Assembly (NCBI GenBank): GCA_900546315.1
Contig: URCP01000005.1
Span: 1 to 57,839, forward strand
DNA length: 57,839 bases
Source of the DNA: an uncultured Eubacteriales bacterium
GTDB taxonomy: Bacteria > Bacillota > Clostridia > Oscillospirales > CAG-272
Direction of reading: 5' to 3'
Shown piece after piece: positions 1-7,734 of this stretch. The translations under genes and the position numbers were made by a program. Each line of letters starts with the position of its first letter. Within the stretch, counting starts at the first letter, position 1. Under the pieces are notes generated by a model, which saw only the letters and a program-made list of their open reading frames with translations, ran no database searches and was not told where the DNA came from.

Positions 1-18
1 GCTTTACGCGACCTTTAT

Positions 19-47
19 ATTATATCGTATCTTCTCGAGTTTGTCAA
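19..47 (-). promoter_or_regulatory. Consensus SigA-type promoter P1, firing leftwards out of the window
   Basis: Minus strand reads TTGACA (47-42), a 17-bp spacer, then TATAAT (24-19). An A/T-rich UP-like tract lies upstream (50-80). Confidence 0.6.
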
Positions 48-125
48 GAGGTTTTGAAAAAGTTTTTTAAGTTTTTTCGAAGACCTTCCAGAAGCTCTCG
101 CTTCTGTTCTTGACGCGACTTTTAT

Positions 126-154
126 ATTATATCATATCTTAAGCCGTTTGTCAA
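126..154 (-). promoter_or_regulatory. Consensus SigA-type promoter P2, a duplicate of P1
   Basis: Minus strand reads TTGACA (154-149), 17 bp, then TGaTATAAT (134-126). The surrounding about 55 bp is nearly identical to the P1 unit. Confidence 0.6.
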
Positions 155-252
155 GAGGTTTTCGAAAATTTCTTGAAATTCTTTTTTTCAAAGCTCTTTT
201 TGAACTCTGCCGTTTCGCTCGATCGCTTTGCTCTCTCGCTCACAGCCTTAAT

Positions 253-281
253 ATTATACCACATCCCGCGCCGGATGTCAA
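253..281 (-). promoter_or_regulatory. Consensus SigA-type promoter P3 with extended -10
   Basis: Minus strand reads TTGACA (281-276), 17 bp, then TGgTATAAT (261-253). The spacer holds the palindrome CATCCGGCGCGGGATG. Confidence 0.55.
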
Positions 282-450
282 CCCCTTTTTCGACTTTTTT
301 CTTGATTCATCACATTTGCTTCATATTCCTATCGTTTATGACGTTTGAATGTACAAATGCAACAGATTCTGATAATTCTCGAAAAATTTCGCAAAAGCTA
401 TTTATTTTGAAGTGTTTTTCTGCTATAATATATTTTTGAAAGGAATCGCT

Positions 451-1263
451 ATGAACTACTCATCTATCGTAAAACTTCTCACCGAGCACGGCATCGCCTC
501 CGCGTCAAACGACGCCGCCGAGCTCATCTCACATTTCAACGGCAAACCGCCGTCCTGGTGCCTCGCGAACCGCGACCAGAACCTTCCACCGGAGATAACG
601 AAAGCTGCCGAACGCCTCGCCGCCGGTACCCCTCTCCAATATATAACCGGGCGCGCGTGGTTCATGGGAGACAAATATTTCGTCTCCCCGGACGTGCTTA
701 TTCCACAGCCCGACACAGAGCATCTCGCCGAGGCGGCGCTGAAGCACCTGAAGCCCGGTATGCGTCTCCTTGATCTATGCACCGGAAGCGGCTGCATAAT
801 CATTTCAGTTCTGAAGCGTGTCATCGCGTCCGGAACCGGAGTTGAGCTATCCGCGCCGGCTCTGGCAGTCGCGAGACGCAACGCGGAGATACACAAGATC
901 GGCTCGAGACTTGAACTGACGCAGGCGGACGCGCTCGATTCTGATATCGTGACAAAGCTCGTGTCCGAAGCGGACGTCATCGTTTCGAATCCACCATATA
1001 TAAATACCGATGTCATTGATACCCTGTCCCCGCAGGTGCGGAGCGAGCCCCGCCTCGCGCTCGACGGCGGTCGGGACGGTATGCGCTTCTATAACCGTTT
1101 CATAACCGATTACACGCGGCTTATGAAGCCGGGAGCGGTCATGCTGCTTGAGATCGGCTATGACCAGGCGGAACGCGTCAGGGCACTCTGCGGGAGCGCC
1201 GGAGTCTCATGCGCGTTTATAAAAGACTATTCCGGCATCGACCGGGTCGCGGTCATCGGCTGA
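451..1263 (+). CDS. prmC: Release-factor glutamine N5-methyltransferase (PrmC/HemK)
   Basis: NPPY motif (VSNPPYI) and a SAM-binding LDLCTGSG motif. The ATG at 451 follows RBS GAAAGGAA; the upstream part of the ORF is rejected. Confidence 0.85.
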   Translation: MNYSSIVKLLTEHGIASASNDAAELISHFNGKPPSWCLANRDQNLPPEITKAAERLAAGTPLQYITGRAWFMGDKYFVSPDVLIPQPDTEHLAEAALKHLKPGMRLLDLCTGSGCIIISVLKRVIASGTGVELSAPALAVARRNAEIHKIGSRLELTQADALDSDIVTKLVSEADVIVSNPPYINTDVIDTLSPQVRSEPRLALDGGRDGMRFYNRFITDYTRLMKPGAVMLLEIGYDQAERVRALCGSAGVSCAFIKDYSGIDRVAVIG

Positions 1264-1325
1264 ATCAAACCGGCGCCGCGCGAATAAACTATGTTATAAA
1301 AATCTATTTTTGGAGTTACAGCAAT

Positions 1326-2408
1326 ATGGAAAAAATCACGCTTCTCATCCTCTTCGGAGGCAAATCAACCGAATACGATGTATCCCTCATCTCTGCTTCC
1401 TCTATCATCGAAAACGCGGACCGCGAAAAATACGACATCGTCACCGTCGGAATAACGAAGGACGGCGACTGGTATCTCTATGAGGGCGGCACGGCGGCAA
1501 TCCGCGACGGCAGCTGGTGCGCCGACATATCGAAGCTCTCCCGCGCGGCGATCTCGCCGTCCATGAGCGATAGGGCGCTCCTCGTGATGGATGGGGAAAA
1601 GCTCAGAAAGATCCACGTCGACGTCGTATTCCCGGTCATGCACGGCGCGTACTCCGAGGACGGCACGCTTCAGGGCGTTTTGCAGATGAGCGGCATCCCG
1701 TTCGTCGGCTGCGGCTGCGAGACCTCGGCGATCTGCATGGATAAGGGAACGACGAAGCTCGTCCTCAAGAATTTCGGCATCCCGCAGGCGCACTCGATTA
1801 TCGTAAACGCCGCCGCCATGCGCGACAATCTCGACATGATAATCGCCGGATGCGAGAAGATATCCGCCTACCCGCTCTTCGTAAAGCCAGCGAACGCCGG
1901 CTCGTCGGTCGGCGCATCGAAGGCGCTCTACCGCGACAGCCTCGTGAAGGCGCTTGAAAACGCCGCGAAATACGACTCGAAGATTATCGTCGAGGAGTAT
2001 ATAAAGGGCAAGGAATGCGAAGTCGCCGTGATGGGCAACACGCACTTCAAGGTGTCCACGGTCGGTCAGATCGTCCCCGGCAGCGAGTTCTACGATTATT
2101 CGACAAAGTACAGCTCCGAAAGCCCGGCGACCTATAACATTCCAGCGGATATCTCGCCAGAGAGCACCGAAACCATAAAGAAGATGGCTCCGCGGATCGC
2201 CGCTATACTCGGTGTAAAGGGACTTTCAAGAGTTGACTTCTTTGTCCGCAAATCAGGCGCGCGCGAGGAAATCATATTCAACGAGATAAATAACATGCCG
2301 GGTTTCACCGAGATCAGTATGTATCCGAAGCTCTTCATGAATGACGGAATGACCTACAGCGAGATCATCGACCGTCTCGTCGATCTGGCGCTCGGAAAGG
2401 AGCTTTGA
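1326..2408 (+). CDS. ddl: D-alanine--D-alanine ligase
   Basis: ATP-grasp Ddl motifs (FPVMHGAYSEDGTLQGVLQMSGIPFVGCG; NEINNMPGFT). The ATG at 1326 gives the typical MEKITLLILFGG N-terminus. Confidence 0.9.
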   Translation: MEKITLLILFGGKSTEYDVSLISASSIIENADREKYDIVTVGITKDGDWYLYEGGTAAIRDGSWCADISKLSRAAISPSMSDRALLVMDGEKLRKIHVDVVFPVMHGAYSEDGTLQGVLQMSGIPFVGCGCETSAICMDKGTTKLVLKNFGIPQAHSIIVNAAAMRDNLDMIIAGCEKISAYPLFVKPANAGSSVGASKALYRDSLVKALENAAKYDSKIIVEEYIKGKECEVAVMGNTHFKVSTVGQIVPGSEFYDYSTKYSSESPATYNIPADISPESTETIKKMAPRIAAILGVKGLSRVDFFVRKSGAREEIIFNEINNMPGFTEISMYPKLFMNDGMTYSEIIDRLVDLALGKEL

Positions 2409-2409
2409 T

Positions 2410-3201
2410 TTGATCGGCATCTTTGACAGCGGACTCGGCGGGCTGACCGCGCTCAAGGAGGTGCGGCGGCTCATCCCCGGCGAGGATATAGTCTATTTCG
2501 GCGACACCGGAAGGGTCCCGTACGGCAGCCGCTCGCGGGAGACGATAATCAAATACGCCCTTCAGGACATGAATTTTCTAATGTCGAAAAAGGTGGACGC
2601 GGTCCTCATAGCCTGCGGAACCGTGAGCTCGACCGCGATCGACGTGATACGCGCGGAGTATCCGGAAACGCCGATACTCGGAGTGGTCGACAGCGCCGCG
2701 CGCGAGGCGGTCAGGATAACCGGAAACAAGAAAATCGGAGTCATCGCGACGGCGACGACGATCGGCAGCGGCGCGTTCAGAAAAAAACTGCTTGAAGCCG
2801 ACCCCGGCGTTCAGGTATACGAGACGGCGTGCCCGCTGTTCGTACCGCTCGTCGAGAACGGGTTCATCTCGGACGACGACGAGGTCGTGCGGCTCGTCGC
2901 TGAGCGCTATCTCGCGGACATAAAGGCGAGCGGCGCGGATACGCTGATACTCGGCTGCACGCATTATCCGATAATCACGGGTGTGATCTCAAAGGTCCTT
3001 CCCGGAGTGAAAATAGTGAGCTCATCAAAGGCGGCGGCGGAAGACCTCGCGAAAAAGCTGTCACCGTCGGAGAAAAAGAGCGGAACCGTCGAATATTACG
3101 TCAGCGACGAGCCATACGGCTTCGAGAAGACAGCCTCGATCTTCCTCGAGACGAAGCTCGACGACAGTCTCGTCACAAGAATAGATATAGAAAAATACTG
3201 A
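2410..3201 (+). CDS. murI: Glutamate racemase
   Basis: IGIFDSGLGGLT, ACGT and GCTHYP motifs. TTG start lies 2 nt after the ddl stop. Confidence 0.9.
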   Translation: MIGIFDSGLGGLTALKEVRRLIPGEDIVYFGDTGRVPYGSRSRETIIKYALQDMNFLMSKKVDAVLIACGTVSSTAIDVIRAEYPETPILGVVDSAAREAVRITGNKKIGVIATATTIGSGAFRKKLLEADPGVQVYETACPLFVPLVENGFISDDDEVVRLVAERYLADIKASGADTLILGCTHYPIITGVISKVLPGVKIVSSSKAAAEDLAKKLSPSEKKSGTVEYYVSDEPYGFEKTASIFLETKLDDSLVTRIDIEKY

Positions 3202-3212
3202 GAAAGACCGGT

Positions 3213-4439
3213 ATGCCGGTCAGAAAGGAACAAGAAAAGATGTCCGATACGCTGCATGAACTTTACCCGAAGTTTCCGAAGAACTTCCCGCTCCCGATGC
3301 TTCTCGACGCGTCAACAGGCACGTCGCTGATGCGCGACGGTATGCCCGCCGGTAGCTGCACAGAAAAGTGGGTGCTCGATCATCCGGACGTGCTGAAGAG
3401 CATCCAGACGAGCTATGAGGAAAACGGCTCGGATGCCCTCTACACGCCGACCTTCGGCGCGAACAGACCTACCCTCGCCAGGGAAGGCTTTGATAACCCG
3501 GACGAGATGAACCGTGAGCTCGCCTCGCTCTCTGTCGGAAAAGCGAAGTTCACCGGCGGCGATATGTCCCCGACCGGTCTGTTCATCGAGCCCTTCGGCG
3601 ACACGCCGTTTGACGAGGTCGTCGCGGTCTACCGCGAGCAGGCAAAAGTGCTTGATGAAGCTGGCGTCGACTTTTTCATTCCGGAGACGAACATAAGCCT
3701 TCAGGAGGCGCGCGCGGCGGTGATCGGCATACGCGAGGTGTCAGACAAGCCGATATTCGTCACGATGACGGTCGACAACGAGGGCATGACTCTCTCTGGC
3801 GACAGTCTTGTCTCCTGTCTGCTGTCTCTCGCTGAGCTCGGGATAAACGCGTTCGGCACGAACTGCTCGCAGGGACCGGACGGAATGCTCCCGCTGCTTC
3901 AGGGTCTCGCGCCGTACTCGCTTGCTCTCGGCATACCACTGATAGCGAAGCCGAACGCAGGAATGCCGCACGAGGAGCCGGACGGGTCGAGACATTTCGA
4001 CCTGACCGCGGACGACTTCGCGAAGTATGTTCCGGGCTTTCTCGAGTCGGGAATACCGATAATAGGCGGCTGCTGCGGCACCGACGCGGAGTTCATAAAG
4101 AAGATGCGTGAGTCGATGGACGCGCACGCAGGAAAGCTCGATTATTCCGGCATCGAAAAGGCAGACACGGACAGCATGGCGTGCACGAACCGCGAGACTG
4201 TGATCCCGAACATAGAGTCTCTCGGAGACCCGATACCGGCGGACGAAAACTTCTTTGACGAGGCGTCGATGGCGTCGGGCGATTTCGTGTACGTGAGCCT
4301 TCCGGACGAGATAGCGGCTGATACATTCATAGAGAACGCGCCGATGCTGACCCTTCCCTGTGTCGTGACCGGTGATCCGACCGCGATCGCGAAGGCGAAG
4401 AGATACTACAACGGAAAGCTGCTCGTGGTCGAAGAATAA
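3213..4439 (+). CDS. Homocysteine S-methyltransferase-domain protein (MetH N-terminal-like) with an unassigned ~100-aa C-terminal tail
   Basis: Hcy-binding-domain features including a GGCCGT zinc-ligand motif. The start could instead be the ATG at 3240. Confidence 0.65.
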   Translation: MPVRKEQEKMSDTLHELYPKFPKNFPLPMLLDASTGTSLMRDGMPAGSCTEKWVLDHPDVLKSIQTSYEENGSDALYTPTFGANRPTLAREGFDNPDEMNRELASLSVGKAKFTGGDMSPTGLFIEPFGDTPFDEVVAVYREQAKVLDEAGVDFFIPETNISLQEARAAVIGIREVSDKPIFVTMTVDNEGMTLSGDSLVSCLLSLAELGINAFGTNCSQGPDGMLPLLQGLAPYSLALGIPLIAKPNAGMPHEEPDGSRHFDLTADDFAKYVPGFLESGIPIIGGCCGTDAEFIKKMRESMDAHAGKLDYSGIEKADTDSMACTNRETVIPNIESLGDPIPADENFFDEASMASGDFVYVSLPDEIAADTFIENAPMLTLPCVVTGDPTAIAKAKRYYNGKLLVVEE

Positions 4440-4453
4440 TGGATTGACCAGCA

Positions 4454-4480
4454 GGGCTGTCAGAAACTGACAGCCCTTTT
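4454..4480 (+). terminator. Intrinsic terminator of the Hcy-methyltransferase gene
   Basis: GGGCTGTCAG-aaa-CTGACAGCCC followed by TTTT. Confidence 0.75.
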
Positions 4481-4663
4481 GTGAAAGGAACTGAATGAGA
4501 TACCTTGGCAAGAAATTGTCTCAGCGATAAAAGCCCTGAACGACACCAAGACAAAATCCGCGTGTCTGAAGCCCTGCGGAGTGACCTTTGTTTTCACAGA
4601 GGAAACTACGCAGAGTGATAGATCGTGTGTCGGGATATCACGTTCGGATAGAACAGAAAAGAA

Positions 4664-4711
4664 GGCAGTCACAGCATTGTAGTTTCTGTGACTGCCTTTT
4701 CTGCGTTTTTT
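4664..4711. terminator. Bidirectional intrinsic terminator
   Basis: An 11-bp stem GGCAGTCACAG/CTGTGACTGCC, T-rich on the plus side (TTTTCTGCGTTTTTT) and with TTCTTTTCTGTT on the minus side. It ends the ferredoxin gene and possibly a plus-strand sRNA. Confidence 0.7.
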
Positions 4712-4752
4712 ACTGTAATCTGCCCGGCAAGCCGAATGCCGTGCCGCACGGA

Positions 4753-5508
4753 TCACTTCTTCAATTGCTCAAAGTGATAACGCGGTTTTCCGATACTCTT
4801 TTTCCCGTACTCGATCGCCTTCGCGGGACAATAGCAGATGCATGCCATGCAATGTGTGCATTCCCTGCCCCATACGGGCTTTCTGTCCCTGAGACTGATG
4901 TTGTTCATCGGACAGTTCCTCACACACTGCCCGCAGCCGGTGCAGGCATCGCTCACCTGAAACTCGTCCGCTTTGACGAAAAAGCGGTAGAAGATCGGAT
5001 TTACCGGACCACTCATGAATCGGTCATAGAGATTGTTCCGCGGCGCGTCAAATACCTTCCCCGCCCTGAAGCGCGCGATGGCGTCAACGATGTGCGGTTC
5101 CGCTTTCTCCACGATCTTTTCAGCTTCGTCGACCCGCGGAGCGTCAAACATAGCGATATAGTTCTCCGGCATGACAATCCGAGCCGTGCCCATATAACAG
5201 AGGTGTTTCTGTTCCGCGAGACGGCGGTTGTACTTTGCTGCGTTACCGATCTCGCTGCCGCAGTCCATCACAAACCAGATACGCGCCGCGCCGGTAAGCT
5301 CTGTTCCGAAAAGCCATTCGGACACTATCCGCGGAATACGCCAGGCGTACGTCGGTGTGACGACGATCACGTCGTTTCCCGTCTGTATCGGTGAATGGTC
5401 ACCAGCTTTGATTTTTTCGCTCAGATCCGTGACTTCATCCGGCAGAGCTTCCGCGAGCCGCCATGCAATATAACGGCTGTTTCCGGTTCCGGAAAAATAG
5501 AAAATCAT
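4753..5508 (-). CDS. Flavodoxin-like / 2x[4Fe-4S] ferredoxin fusion protein (EFR1-like)
   Basis: N-terminal MIFYFSGTGNSRYIA flavodoxin-type motif. C-terminal CTGCGQCVRNCP and CTHCMACICYCP cluster motifs. RBS GGAGGA precedes the ATG at 5508. Confidence 0.7.
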   Translation of the reverse strand: MIFYFSGTGNSRYIAWRLAEALPDEVTDLSEKIKAGDHSPIQTGNDVIVVTPTYAWRIPRIVSEWLFGTELTGAARIWFVMDCGSEIGNAAKYNRRLAEQKHLCYMGTARIVMPENYIAMFDAPRVDEAEKIVEKAEPHIVDAIARFRAGKVFDAPRNNLYDRFMSGPVNPIFYRFFVKADEFQVSDACTGCGQCVRNCPMNNISLRDRKPVWGRECTHCMACICYCPAKAIEYGKKSIGKPRYHFEQLKK

Positions 5509-5574
5509 AGGTTCACACTCCTCCGCGGCTCGCGATTCATTCACATATCCGGAAGATATATCTGTCCGGGTGTT

Positions 5575-7461
5575 TTATTTCATGCTGTACTTCCCGCCCG
5601 CGACACGGTCGTAGGTCAGAAGCCTGTGCCCGTCGACCCATTTTCTCTGGTCGTCGGTTATAGTCTTGTGAAGACGGATGTTGTAGTACGGAAGCGCCCT
5701 CGCGTAATCCTCGAGGTACTCCATATACGGCGTGCGCGGCGAGCCTATGAGCTCGGCGACTCCGTTCATAAGGTTGTATGAGGTTATATTGTTGTCGGTC
5801 CCCTTGTGAAGAAGGTCGCTCTCACCGAGATCGAAGTTCGCGTAGACGATGAACGGCGTCGAGTATATCTTCTCATACGCCTCCTCATCGTATTCCGCGC
5901 CGATCATTCCGGACTGTCTGTAAGCCGCCATATTGCCGCCGAGGGTCGGGAGATGGTCGCCGAACCATACGAGTATCATGTCGCGGTCACGGCTGTCGAT
6001 ATAGTCCACAAGACGCTTCAGACACTTGTCAGCGTCGGCGATCCCGGTCGTGAAGTTCGTGACGGCGTTCGCGGTACTCTCGTCGAAGGCGTCGTTCTTC
6101 ACCTCTATGTCCGGCGTCTCGAACTTGTCCGGGTACGGCTGGTGGTTCTCCATGCTGATGCCGAAGAGGAACACCGGGCTGTCCGAGTTCTTATCGAGAT
6201 AGTATTCTATCGCGGACGCAAAGGTATCGTCGGAAATCTGCCTGCCGCGGATGGTCAGCCCGAGCTCCTCCCCGAGCGCGTAGATATCGTCGTCAAAATG
6301 CAGCTCGTCGATACCGATCTTCGGGTACGCCGCCTTGCGGTTATAGAAACTCGACGTGTACGGATGCACCGCCATAGTCTTGTATCCGAGTCCCTTATAT
6401 ACCGAGACATAGCTGTCGGTGTCCTCGAGTATATACTGCCACGGAACGCACCCGGACGGCAGGTAGTCGGTCGAGAGCCCGGTCAGCACCTCGAATTCCG
6501 GTCTGACCGTTCCGCCGCCGAGCCCGGTCGTGAAGAAGCGTCCGGAGATAGTGTTCTCACGCGAGGCGATCTCGCGGTAATTCTCGAGCGGGTCGGCGGA
6601 GAATGTCGTCCCGGGGAGCAGCGTCGGATCCCAGAATGACTCGCTGAGAACGAGTATGATATCCGGAGACGAGAAGTTGTCCGACTTGTCCTGTTCCGTG
6701 TATCCGTCAAGAAGGGCGTCGACCGCGTCCTCCGAATAATTGTCGGGCTTCTGGATGTTCGACGAAAGGATATTTATCGTGAATGCGCCGACAAAGCCGT
6801 TCGCCTGATAGTTAGAGGTCTGAAGCGCCATGTCCTCAAGATACAGCGCGTTCTTGTTGAGAAGTCTCGTGACCTTTTCCGGAGTCGAGACTGAAACCGC
6901 CATGCAGACAACAACAACGGCGAGCGCCGGATATCTGACGCACCACCTGACCGGCAGCTGCGCGCCCGAGAAGAACACGATGACCGCCATGACGAAGACA
7001 AAAAGTATCATAGCGATATAGAGTACAGGAAACGGCACGGTGATGAAATTCTTGAGCTCGCCGAGATGCCCCGCCTGCTCAGCGAGGTCCCACGGATAGA
7101 AGTAGTCGCCTGTCATCGAGTATTTGAGATAGTCGGTCGTCGCGACGGCGCCGAAGAACCCGCCGTATACAGCCGTCGCGAGCCATCCTTTCTTAAGGAC
7201 GCAGAGCGCGCAGAACCACAGCAGGTACAGCACCGCGAGGTCGAACAGCACAACCTCGGTCCGTTCGGTGAAGAAAGTGAAGACCTTCGCCTTGCTCGCG
7301 TAGTGTATATACTCGACCATGCCGAGACAGTAAACGGGCAGGAGAGCGATTATCGCCCAGCCGCATATGAGAAGGATGATCCTGAGCGGCTTGTTTTTTA
7401 TCTCCTTTGGCATCCGCGGCGCGGTGTAGAACCACTTCAGCCATTTTTTTATTTTATCCAT
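5575..7461 (-). CDS. LTA synthase-family sulfatase-domain membrane protein (LtaS/phosphoglycerol-transferase-like)
   Basis: Multi-TM N-terminus followed by an extracellular sulfatase-type domain. I prefer the ATG at 7461 with RBS AAAGGAAAG over the GTG at 7491. Confidence 0.7.
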   Translation of the reverse strand: MDKIKKWLKWFYTAPRMPKEIKNKPLRIILLICGWAIIALLPVYCLGMVEYIHYASKAKVFTFFTERTEVVLFDLAVLYLLWFCALCVLKKGWLATAVYGGFFGAVATTDYLKYSMTGDYFYPWDLAEQAGHLGELKNFITVPFPVLYIAMILFVFVMAVIVFFSGAQLPVRWCVRYPALAVVVVCMAVSVSTPEKVTRLLNKNALYLEDMALQTSNYQANGFVGAFTINILSSNIQKPDNYSEDAVDALLDGYTEQDKSDNFSSPDIILVLSESFWDPTLLPGTTFSADPLENYREIASRENTISGRFFTTGLGGGTVRPEFEVLTGLSTDYLPSGCVPWQYILEDTDSYVSVYKGLGYKTMAVHPYTSSFYNRKAAYPKIGIDELHFDDDIYALGEELGLTIRGRQISDDTFASAIEYYLDKNSDSPVFLFGISMENHQPYPDKFETPDIEVKNDAFDESTANAVTNFTTGIADADKCLKRLVDYIDSRDRDMILVWFGDHLPTLGGNMAAYRQSGMIGAEYDEEAYEKIYSTPFIVYANFDLGESDLLHKGTDNNITSYNLMNGVAELIGSPRTPYMEYLEDYARALPYYNIRLHKTITDDQRKWVDGHRLLTYDRVAGGKYSMK

Positions 7462-7482
7462 ATATTCTTTCCTTTTTTCTTT

Positions 7483-7574
7483 GGAATACACTGAATAAAT
7501 CGGGTTTTCGCAGAAAAAAGTCCCCGGATTTATGGGCTTTTTTTCTGCGAAAACAACCTTAAATCAGTGTTTCC
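7483..7574 (-). repeat. MITE-like palindromic element, copy A (inverted relative to copies B and C)
   Basis: About 88% identical to copies B and C when reverse-complemented. Termini are GGAATACACTGA...TCAGTGTTTCC; flanks are CTTT / TTTT. Confidence 0.7.
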
Positions 7575-7687
7575 TTTTTATAGACAGACGCGAACAGGAC
7601 GTCGTCACAGCTATCATTCTACCATACATTTGACGTTATAATATGAACAATGTTCCGTTTTTGAAAAAAATTAACAAAATCCACGCA

Positions 7688-7722
7688 AAGGAAAAGACCG
7701 CCGGTCAATGGCGCGGCGGTCT
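7688..7722 (-). terminator. Intrinsic terminator of the GH-like gene
   Basis: A 9-bp stem AGACCGCCG/CGGCGGTCT followed on the minus strand by CTTTTCCTTT. Confidence 0.7.
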
Positions 7723-7734
7723 GAGGTGCGTTGC

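Noticed and set aside
148-439. Small ORFs at 148-348 and 173-439 at the left edge.
   Set aside because: They lie in an AT-rich region occupied by three minus-strand promoters and have no RBS. The translations are low-complexity and Phe/Leu-rich.
4495-4530. 11-codon mini-ORF (MRYLGKKLSQR) with AAAGGA upstream, in the terminator-bracketed spacer.
   Set aside because: It is too short to evaluate, and there is no downstream gene for which it could act as a leader peptide. I keep it only as part of the sRNA-candidate region.
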